From IMG/VR virus record IMGVR_UViG_3300028844_008255, positions 1 to 26,634 of that record: a stretch of 26,634 nt of DNA. One strand, 5' to 3'. Under the pieces are notes generated by a model. The model searched no databases. It was given only the letters and a program-made list of their open reading frames with translations, and was not told the origin of the DNA. Below are positions 16,479-24,641 of this stretch, piece after piece (the stretch's first letter is position 1; every line of letters begins with the position of its first letter). This stretch comes from a virus (taxonomy: Duplodnaviria; Caudoviricetes). Both the position numbers and the translations under genes were made by a program.

Positions 16479-18791
16479 TTATCGAGCATACAAAGCATGT
16501 TGAACACTTTGTACTGCCTGCAAGTATCCATTCAAACCGCCAAACATTCGAGCAATCTTTACTGGACTGCCAAATTCATTGAAATCAGGCAATTTAAGAA
16601 TTTTTTGGTCAGTAATGTCATCAATCTCATCATTGGCATATTTGTTGAGCAAAATATTTAAAACTTCCTTGCACTCACTTGAATAATGATTCAAGACTTC
16701 ATTGACATTATTGTTCTTAGCTCTTTCACTTTTTGTCAAAGGCTTGATTCCATATGCAATATCACATATCAAATCAAAATCATCGACATCAGCAGGATAC
16801 ATTTTTCTTAGTTCCTCGATGAATATGCCTTTTTCTTCCAACTCCTGAATAATGGCTGCTCTCTTCTCATCGCTAGTCCAAAATTGAAGAAAATCATCAA
16901 GAGAAGCATAATCTCTCAATATATTTTTCTTAGTGAAGTCCTTCAAACTTTCCGTTACTAATTTGCCTTCGTTATCGTAGTATTGCACTCTTTCAGATAG
17001 TAGCTGCACCTGAACGTTATTTATATAAACTTTTTTCTTTACTTGATTGTCAGGGTCTTCACTATCAATGGCAGGCTCATCCATGACAACAGCTACATGT
17101 TTCTTGTCCTTATGGTATTCTGGATCATAATCAATATCCTGAATGTCTGGACCATTAAATTTAGGATCGGCGAATAATCTCGTAGCATTTCTAAAGTCCA
17201 AAATAGTGAAATACATCTTGCCATAGTCTTCCGCGATTCTCGTGCCACGACCTATTATTTGTTTAAATTCAGTCATTCCATTTTCACCGAAAATATTATC
17301 TAGCACGATGTTTTTACAGGTTTGACAATTAACGCCTGTAGTCATCAGTTTAGAAGTAGTAACGATTGTAGGATAAACACTATTATTGTCTATGAAGTTA
17401 TCTAATTGCTTTTTGCCTTCATCGTTATCTCCGGTAATTCGCATTACATATCGATGATTATTAGCACATAAATCAGAATTTAAATTAACCAAAGCCTGGC
17501 GCATTCTTTCCGCATGGTCGATGTCCACACAGAAAACAATAGTTTTAGCTAACCTATCAGTGCTCTTCAAATATTCTGTAATTTTTTCAGCTACAAGTAG
17601 CGTTCTTTCATCGATGACTAAGTTCTTGTCGTAGTCCTTGACTCCATATTCCCTATCTTCTACTAGGTCTCCGTCTTTATCAGTTTTGCCTTTGGAAGGT
17701 CGATAACCATAAACATCGGTATCAATCGCGTACCTTATAACTCTATATGGGGCTAAATATCCGTCTTCAATACCATCTTTTAGCGAGTATGTATAAATTG
17801 GTTCACCAAAATAATCAATATTAGATACCTCATTTGTTTCTTTTGGCGTAGCTGTCATACCAATCTTAGTAGCTTTATTAAAATAATCCAGAATTTTACG
17901 CCAATTGGAATCATCTCTTGCGCTTCCACGATGACATTCATCAACAATAATCAAGTCGAAAAAATCTGGATTAAAACTTTCTTTTAATAACGCAAGCGAA
18001 TCTTCGGTTTCATTTTCAGATAACTGTTGGTATAAGGATAAATAAATCTCATAAGAAGTATCCATTTTCTTATGCTCGACCTTATACATCGAGTTTTTGA
18101 ATGGTTTAAAATCGCCAATGATTGTTTGATCTACGAGTATATTCCTATCTGCCAAATAAAGGATTTTCTTCTTGAGTCCGGATTTCCAAAGTCTCCAAAT
18201 TATTTGAAAAGCCATGAAGGTCTTTCCGGTACCCGTTGCCATAACCAAAAGAACTCTATCTTGGCCTTTAGCTATTGCCTCAACAGTCTTGTTTATTGCT
18301 ATTCTCTGATAGTATCTAGGAGAATATGAACCTTCCCCAAAATAATATGGTTCATTAATTACTTTCTCTAACTTTGGATATATCTCTATATCAGTTCCAT
18401 ATTGCTTGTTAAATAAAACTTCTGGCGATGGAAACTCATCCAATTATATAGTTTCTTCGGTGCCTAGCTTTCTATCATGGAAAAGAAAATTATCACCATT
18501 TGATGTAAATACAAATCTAACATCAAGTTTCTCAGCATATTCTAAAGCCTGTTGCATGCCATCTCCAACCCTGTGTGAGTTATCCTTCGCTTCAACAACA
18601 GCTAAAGGCATGTTCTCTTTATAATAAAGGACATAGTCTGGCTTTAAGACTTTTAATCTTTTTGCAACATTACCTCTTACAACAATTTTGCCTGCCGTAA
18701 TAGGTCGTTCCATCGCAATTTGCTTTTTTACCCATCCAGCTTCTTCTATTGCAGGAGTTATAAAATTGAGTTTTACTTCTTCCTCAGTCAT
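16479..18791 (-). pseudogene. hsdR: Type I restriction subunit (EcoEI/EcoAI-like) interrupted by an in-frame TAA at 18444-18446
   Basis: Nuclease PD...VVEAK in the 5' part; MATGTGKT, DECHRG, GMTATP and QIIGRGTR in the 3' part; both ORFs share a frame (EETI*LDEFPSPE). Confidence 0.9.
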
Positions 18792-18805
18792 GATTTCACC
18801 ACCCA

Positions 18806-19003
18806 TCAGTTAATTTTTATATCGTATTCAACAAATAAGGAACGCAGTTTTCTTTTCACCTTTAAAGTTGGCTCATGAACTGAATTCTCCCATCTGTTTA
18901 TAGAACTAAACGAAACCCCTAAAAGTTGTGCCATTCCTTGTTGGGATAAATTCATTTTGATTCTTAGTTCTTTAATTGCTGATGCATAATTGTCAACTAT
19001 CAT
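18806..19003 (-). CDS. Small XRE HTH protein, controller-like, heading the hsd operon
   Basis: IKELRIKMNLSQQGMAQLLGVSFSSINRWEN; GAGGTGG upstream; directly before hsdR. Confidence 0.8.
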   Translation of the reverse strand: MIVDNYASAIKELRIKMNLSQQGMAQLLGVSFSSINRWENSVHEPTLKVKRKLRSLFVEYDIKIN

Positions 19004-19037
19004 AAACCCACCTCATTATGAATATATTATATACATT

Positions 19038-19056
19038 TATAGCACTTTTTGCTATA
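19038..19056. promoter_or_regulatory. Perfect palindrome TATAGCA-CTTTT-TGCTATA, probable operator
   Basis: Lies 35 nt upstream of the HTH gene and next to a minus-strand TATAAT. Confidence 0.55.
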
Positions 19057-19102
19057 TAGAATGCTAAATTAATGAACTTTTTGTGAGATTTTTTCCAAAA
19101 AC

Positions 19103-19143
19103 AAAAAAAGAGCCACTCAACCCCGTTAGGAGTCAGATGGCTT
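19103..19143 (-). terminator. Rho-independent terminator closing the phage late operon
   Basis: AGCCATCTGACTCC-TAAC-GGGGTTGAGTGGCT then T7, just after the last holin-like stop. Confidence 0.8.
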
Positions 19144-19154
19144 CGTGTCATTGA

Positions 19155-19547
19155 TTATGCTTTTTGGTTTGCGGTCTTAAGTGTATTTATACTTGCCTCA
19201 ATCTGGGTGGTAATCCAGGTATCAACATCGCCAAAGTTAATCTTTATGTAGTTTTTGATATCTTCGCTTAACTGAGAAAGAACGATATCTTTAGCCTTAT
19301 TAAGAGCGATTAATTGAGCATCTTTTCCAAAGTTTCCTTCTTTCTTTAAGGCTTCAACATAGGTTTGAAAGACACATTTAACTGCATCTAAAACAATTGT
19401 GGTTGCTTCAGTTATATATTTTTCCGTTTTCTCATTATCAATCTTACTAGAAATCCATTTGATAAGTTTAGATCCTAGTAATGTGATAAGTGGAATTACT
19501 ACTGCTGTAACAACACAGCTTAAAACATTTAAAAGTATCTCATTCAT
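19155..19547 (-). CDS. Phage holin-like protein (LL-H type)
   Basis: One N-terminal TM helix, DAVKCVFQTYVEALKK, C-terminal QIEASI; last gene of the late operon. Confidence 0.65.
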   Translation of the reverse strand: MNEILLNVLSCVVTAVVIPLITLLGSKLIKWISSKIDNEKTEKYITEATTIVLDAVKCVFQTYVEALKKEGNFGKDAQLIALNKAKDIVLSQLSEDIKNYIKINFGDVDTWITTQIEASINTLKTANQKA

Positions 19548-19857
19548 GATTTGCTCCTCCTTTTATTTCATCATGTAATTCAGTGATTCTTTTATGAGCG
19601 TTCTTGGTTGATTCCTCTACCTTCACCAATCTATTAGAAAGGTCGGTATATCTTTCCTCCAGGTGATTAAGTGACTTCTCAATCCTATCAATAGAGGATT
19701 TGATATACCCGATTTCAGAAAGCATCACGCCTTCGTTCTTCCCAGCGTCCTTATGGTCTCTCTTGTCGTTTCTTCTAAAGGCAAGAAAGGCAAAGACGAT
19801 GGAAGAAAGGGTCCCTAGAACGCTTATGATTGTTAAAGCAATAGATGAGCTATCCAT
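19540..19857 (-). CDS. Phage membrane protein (TM plus coiled coil, XhlA/holin-associated type)
   Basis: N-terminal TM, IGYIKSSID, RLVKVEESTKNAHKRI. Confidence 0.65.
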   Translation of the reverse strand: MDSSSIALTIISVLGTLSSIVFAFLAFRRNDKRDHKDAGKNEGVMLSEIGYIKSSIDRIEKSLNHLEERYTDLSNRLVKVEESTKNAHKRITELHDEIKGGANHE

Positions 19858-20539
19858 CTTTTAGTCCCTCCTTAAATTCGTATATTTCATCTAGATATTT
19901 TTCTAGTTTTGTATTTAGTTCTTTCCTTCTATTTTCATTATTCCAGTTGAGTTTATAATCGATTTCCTCATCAAAATAAGACTTAGGAAGATCTAAAGAA
20001 AAGACACCTGTTTTCTTATAATTTTCTATTTGCCCTCTCATTCTAATAACGTGATAAAACTTCTTCCCAACTTGAAAATCGCCATTAAAACAAAAAGCAA
20101 AATACTCATAGAAATTTGTTAAAAATCCTTTTAAAACCTCATTTATTTTGTAGTTTTTATAGGTTTCATATTCTTTCTCATAGTTCGGATTTAAATAAAG
20201 TAAAGTATCTGGAAGGCTTAAATAATCATCAATAAAGCATTTCTTATATAGTGAGAATCTATTCGTAGGATTAAACCTTTCAAGCATGGAGTTTTTACCA
20301 TAACAGAAAGCGTCCATTCCATAGATATCAATTTTAAATGCTCCTTCTAAACCATCAACAAAGACATTGATGTCATAATCACTTTTATTACCGACAAAAG
20401 TACCATAAGCGATACTTCCACCCATATAAACAAACATCACTTTCATTCCTTTTAAGGTTTCAATAATAGTTTTTGTTATCTTTTCTATATCAATCGTTTT
20501 GAGTATCGTTTCTCTTTTAAGCATGATTCCGCTAGTCAT
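19850..20539 (-). CDS. DNA polymerase beta-superfamily nucleotidyltransferase
   Basis: MGGSIAYG...SDYDINVFV matches hG[GS]x9-13DhD; helical C-terminal part with KKFYHVIR. Confidence 0.7.
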   Translation of the reverse strand: MTSGIMLKRETILKTIDIEKITKTIIETLKGMKVMFVYMGGSIAYGTFVGNKSDYDINVFVDGLEGAFKIDIYGMDAFCYGKNSMLERFNPTNRFSLYKKCFIDDYLSLPDTLLYLNPNYEKEYETYKNYKINEVLKGFLTNFYEYFAFCFNGDFQVGKKFYHVIRMRGQIENYKKTGVFSLDLPKSYFDEEIDYKLNWNNENRRKELNTKLEKYLDEIYEFKEGLKDG

Positions 20540-20813
20540 CTATTCCATCCTCCAAACCGATAACATTTTCTTTAAGCCACTTATATCCAGCCTTAAAAAC
20601 ATCACCAACTAAAAAGGATTCATAATCTTCCTTAGGAATTAAGATATCGATTGTGTCGATTGGATCACATCCTTTATCTCTTGTTTCCTTAGAAATATAT
20701 GAACCCACGCATATAACTACTTCTTTATCTATAGCATTAAGCGTTATGCTTGTTATTCGGTGATAACTTGGCTTAATCCCATAGCTTGAATTAAGTTCTT
20801 TTATAATCGCCAT
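20532..20813 (-). CDS. Small phage tail-region protein (possible fibre assembly chaperone)
   Basis: 93-aa ORF with SD, located after the fibre genes; function inferred from position only. Confidence 0.5.
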   Translation of the reverse strand: MAIIKELNSSYGIKPSYHRITSITLNAIDKEVVICVGSYISKETRDKGCDPIDTIDILIPKEDYESFLVGDVFKAGYKWLKENVIGLEDGIDD

Positions 20814-20822
20814 AGTAAACTC

Positions 20823-21011
20823 CTAACTAGATGTCGTTTCACCGCTACTAGAAGAGCTGCTTGTGATGCTATTAGTATTAACGCACATTATTCCTTTTGA
20901 GCATCTTACATAAAGTTTACCTGTAGAATAATCAACAGCTAGTTCACCATTTCTTGTCAGATTAGATGTTGTTGGAACTTTAGTGCCTCTTTTAACGATA
21001 ATGGTCGCCAT
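20823..21011 (-). CDS. Mini tail-fibre anchor-domain protein with Ser-rich tail
   Basis: MATIIVKRG...GELAVD...KLYV resembles the N-terminus of the upstream fibre; TAATG coupling. Confidence 0.55.
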   Translation of the reverse strand: MATIIVKRGTKVPTTSNLTRNGELAVDYSTGKLYVRCSKGIMCVNTNSITSSSSSSGETTSS

Positions 21012-21862
21012 TAGTAAGTACCTCCATCTATTGTTGAACTTGGGGTTAAAACTTTAGAACTATCAATACCAATCTCAAACTTCTTTATCGCCATTCCATA
21101 TGCTTCAGCGATTGAATAATGCATAAGAATTCCACCTTGAACAGTATTAGAATCAAAATCACTAGCACTTGCTTCCCATAGGCATGACCTAGTCTCTTGA
21201 AGCTCAGAGGCATATAGATTTTCAAATTTATCTCTATCAGCAGCGTTAAGATGGGTGTTATCGCCTTTATGTGAATTAAATGTGCTTGTTGAAACTCCCC
21301 CCAACTCACTTAAAGAAATATTAACTGCCCCAGTCTTACCATTAACTGATGTCACTTTATCAGTTGGACTTTTTAATTCTTGCCAATTTGCTAAAGTTGA
21401 ATATGGCTCTCCTTTTAAAATAAAGGTTTTAGATAAGTCATTTCTAATACAGATATCACCTGTTTCAGCTTGGCTAAGTTTAAGCATCTCATTTTGACTG
21501 CTCACAACAAATGTATTTGTAATAGCAATTCTAGGAATGATGCTGCTAGAAAGAAAGCCATCACTATCAACAACTGGTATCTGGCCTTCACCATTTCCAA
21601 CATTATATTTACTTGCCGTTCCTAAATCGAGCTCATTGATCTTGCTATTTAAAACTGAAGTTAGGTTATTAGAGTTTACAAATTCAAAGTAATCACTTGC
21701 ACTAAGTGGATTTGAACTAGAACCTGTCTTATTGGCTTTAGCAATATATAAATTACCACCGTTTAAGTCAATTAAAGGTTCACCTTGTTTGATGGTTCCA
21801 CTTGTACCAGTTAAAGGACCGCTTCCACTAGTAGTTTTTCTTCTAAGTTGTATTGTTGCCAT
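21011..21862 (-). CDS. Phage tail fibre-like protein
   Basis: MATIQLRR...GEPLID...NLYIAK anchor, LGTAS, GDICIRND, VTSVNGKTGAV fibre motifs, C-terminal DGGTY. Confidence 0.7.
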   Translation of the reverse strand: MATIQLRRKTTSGSGPLTGTSGTIKQGEPLIDLNGGNLYIAKANKTGSSSNPLSASDYFEFVNSNNLTSVLNSKINELDLGTASKYNVGNGEGQIPVVDSDGFLSSSIIPRIAITNTFVVSSQNEMLKLSQAETGDICIRNDLSKTFILKGEPYSTLANWQELKSPTDKVTSVNGKTGAVNISLSELGGVSTSTFNSHKGDNTHLNAADRDKFENLYASELQETRSCLWEASASDFDSNTVQGGILMHYSIAEAYGMAIKKFEIGIDSSKVLTPSSTIDGGTY

Positions 21863-21875
21863 TTAAATCTCCTCC

Positions 21876-22697
21876 TTAATAAAAACAATCAATTCTTTTC
21901 AAAGTATGAGTTGAACTACCTAATTCGATATAAAGATAGTCACCACTTCGCTCAATATATCCGTTATAGTTAGTTCCTAGATAGTTATAAGTAAAAGTAA
22001 GGTTAGTCGTGCCTTTAAGAGTGTTTAGCGAGACAGCAACAATGTTATTGCAGCAAGCAAAAGTAATAAGGACTGCTGGTTTAGAAATCATCGATGAGAT
22101 ATTGAATTTATAAGTAGAATCACTCTTAGTTGGAAATGTAAAGCTTTGGCATCTTAAGCCATGTTGAAGTCCACTAATTCTATTATTAAGCTCTGTTTTA
22201 GCTTCGCTTACTGAAGATAAGCAAACATTCCTTGTAGTGTCTATTTTCGTTTGATTGGTCTCGATATATTTAATTACTGATTTATCTAAAGTTAGTGAAG
22301 TTGTTGTTTTTAAATAACCGACCATAGGAAACTCAAATACACCATCACTTTCTAGTAAATTAGTTTGAGTAAGGCTTGGATAATTACTTGAGGTTCCTTC
22401 TTTTAAAGTAAGGCTAGCTTCATTATTTATCGTATCTACTTTAAGAATTACATAACCTTTCTTTGTGCTATCTAAACTGACTGAGATATTAGTCCCATTT
22501 TCGATATAGATCCTTCTTCCGTAAATTGAAACAAAGCCATCTTTAAAAGTGATCTTTCCATTAGATGATGTAGCCTCACACTTATCCCCTAAATCAGTAA
22601 ATATTCCATTTGTTTTATTTGTTAAATACCAGTTAAAGAAAGCATCGTCTTTTGCAGTATTTAAAGCTTCATCAAAAGTTAACTTTTTAAGTCCCAT
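21876..22697 (-). CDS. Phage baseplate/tail protein
   Basis: Follows the Tal-like gene; YPSLTQTNL...GVFEFP pattern seen in siphophage baseplate proteins. Confidence 0.6.
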   Translation of the reverse strand: MGLKKLTFDEALNTAKDDAFFNWYLTNKTNGIFTDLGDKCEATSSNGKITFKDGFVSIYGRRIYIENGTNISVSLDSTKKGYVILKVDTINNEASLTLKEGTSSNYPSLTQTNLLESDGVFEFPMVGYLKTTTSLTLDKSVIKYIETNQTKIDTTRNVCLSSVSEAKTELNNRISGLQHGLRCQSFTFPTKSDSTYKFNISSMISKPAVLITFACCNNIVAVSLNTLKGTTNLTFTYNYLGTNYNGYIERSGDYLYIELGSSTHTLKRIDCFY

Positions 22698-23818
22698 TAG
22701 TAAATCCCTCCATCAAAATTAGTGATTGCAGTCGATACATTGACTACCGACTTATTGTTACTAGTACCACCATTCATCATCTTTATCTTGTCTGTAAGTG
22801 ATGTCCTTTGCTCTCCTAAGGTAAGAGTACAACTAGCAAACGTGTTTTTATATTTAATTTGAGTAAGCATAGTCGTATATGTTCTTTTAGGAGCATAAAA
22901 CTCAACAAAATAGCCAATAAAAATATTACCTAAAGGAACAAAGACATTATTTGTAACATCTAGATCAAAAGTTATCTGATGGTCATTTGAACTTTTAATG
23001 AGCTTTTCTTTTGCTTTGCTCTCTAGCTTTTCAAAGTCACTATCGCTATAAAACTCACTTTCAACATTCACATAAGGAAAGCGCCTATCATCATCTTTAT
23101 TGGTAGTGATATTTCCATCAGTTAAAAGGTAATATTCGACTTCTTTTTTATGCTCTTCATTTTCCTCTTTAGGATAAAAGATACATTTATTCACGACATT
23201 TTCTTCGCTTTCTTTAATCTTTAAATTGCTGATAGCTTTTAAGTCATGACGAAGCTTTACGATGTGTGTTTCTTCTTCAATTATGATCTCGATATTAGAG
23301 AACCTTCCTCTAATGAAATTAACTTGATATTTAATGACCACACCATAAGTTTTAGTGATTGTTTCCATCAAATCTTCAATGTTCATTAAAGTATCAGCGT
23401 CATAAGTAAACCTTCCCTCAATATCTGAATTATAGGTAACAGTTAAATATCTAAGGTTTTGTTTTGAATCACTATTGCTTACAAATGCTTTTTTAATCGT
23501 GTCTGCTAAAAACTTACAAACATTACCAGTAAAAGAACTTACAGGAACTTTGATATTAAATATCTCTTTAAAATCATTAAGCTGAACTTTGCTCGTCTTA
23601 TCATCATTTAAAGTGATAGCCTGGACGATGCCTATATAAGAAAGTTTCCCTTCTTTTAAAACAGCGATATCGCCTACACTAGCCTTGATTTCTTCTTTGT
23701 TGACCGTGAAGTTAGATTTTTGTTTAACCACACTATCAAGAATGATTTCAAACTCACTAGAAACATAGGCGTTATCTTTATATTTAAGTGTTATTCTATC
23801 TAAAAATATCAGTTTCAT
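22697..23818 (-). CDS. Siphovirus minor tail/baseplate hub (Tal-like) protein
   Basis: Follows Dit; 373 aa ending LTLGEQRTSLTDKIK...DGGIY; no room for a large lytic domain. Confidence 0.65.
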   Translation of the reverse strand: MKLIFLDRITLKYKDNAYVSSEFEIILDSVVKQKSNFTVNKEEIKASVGDIAVLKEGKLSYIGIVQAITLNDDKTSKVQLNDFKEIFNIKVPVSSFTGNVCKFLADTIKKAFVSNSDSKQNLRYLTVTYNSDIEGRFTYDADTLMNIEDLMETITKTYGVVIKYQVNFIRGRFSNIEIIIEEETHIVKLRHDLKAISNLKIKESEENVVNKCIFYPKEENEEHKKEVEYYLLTDGNITTNKDDDRRFPYVNVESEFYSDSDFEKLESKAKEKLIKSSNDHQITFDLDVTNNVFVPLGNIFIGYFVEFYAPKRTYTTMLTQIKYKNTFASCTLTLGEQRTSLTDKIKMMNGGTSNNKSVVNVSTAITNFDGGIY

Positions 23819-23819
23819 A

Positions 23820-24641
23820 TTAATTACCTAAATACCCTTCTATCATTGTGATTGAGCAACTAGGACTTCCTTGTGTATTAGGAACGAATGTTAGTTCATA
23901 GGTTCCACGCTCTAAAAAGATGAAATTATCACAAGAAAAATCCTGATACTCATAAGCATTAATTTTTTCATTATTTTCTTCTATTGTTATCTCTTGCCTA
24001 CTTGGAAAGGCATCTACAACAATCGTGCAATTATTAGATTCATAATAAATCTTGAGCTTACTTACTTCTATTCCGTCTTTTGTAACGATTACTTCAGGAT
24101 TAGAAACCTCTCCTTTTATAGTGATTTTTAAAGGAGCTTTAGCATAACCGTTATTGGTAAGTGTCATCTTACCTTTACTTGAAACGCTATATTTGTATGG
24201 ATAAGCAAAAGGATAGATCTTACCTTCCTTTGAAACGCTTATCGTTACTTCGCTTATAACATCCTTATACCAATATGAGAGCCTTTTAAGTTTTAGTTCG
24301 CTTGTTAAAGTCCCACCACTAATTTCAGTCTTTGATAAACTTTCAACTTCTACATAAGAATACTTAGTATCGTCGCTTGTGTAATAAAGTTTTAACTCAT
24401 GAGAAGTCTCTAAAAATGATAAAAACCTTTTAAAACCTTGATATTTTCTTAAAAAAGCTAGATTAAAGACGATATCTTGCGTAGGTATTGTTTCATCGAT
24501 TTTCTTATAGATATTATCAAAGTCAAAGTAAGTGTTAGTCTTTTGAAAACCTAGACCTGTAATAGATGAAATAAGCGTCATCGAAGAATAGTCGAATCTA
24601 TATTCTTCTCCCAAATCATTAATAAGCCAAAGTTTCCTCAT
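23820..24641 (-). CDS. Distal tail protein (Dit)
   Basis: Directly after the tape measure gene (ATGA overlap); ITGLG, YPFAYPYKY, NNGYAKAPLKITIKG. Confidence 0.75.
   Translation of the reverse strand: MRKLWLINDLGEEYRFDYSSMTLISSITGLGFQKTNTYFDFDNIYKKIDETIPTQDIVFNLAFLRKYQGFKRFLSFLETSHELKLYYTSDDTKYSYVEVESLSKTEISGGTLTSELKLKRLSYWYKDVISEVTISVSKEGKIYPFAYPYKYSVSSKGKMTLTNNGYAKAPLKITIKGEVSNPEVIVTKDGIEVSKLKIYYESNNCTIVVDAFPSRQEITIEENNEKINAYEYQDFSCDNFIFLERGTYELTFVPNTQGSPSCSITMIEGYLGN

Larger units (their letters stand above)
10721..19056. other. Phase-variable type I R-M locus (hsdS shufflon)
   Basis: hsdRMS plus inverted silent TRD cassettes, matched inverted sites and an adjacent tyrosine recombinase. 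Confidence 0.9.

Noticed and set aside
4162-19044. TTATAGCA shared at 4162-4169 and 19037-19044 as possible attL/attR
   Set aside because: It is only 8 bp and AT-rich, and the right copy is explained as half of the operator palindrome.
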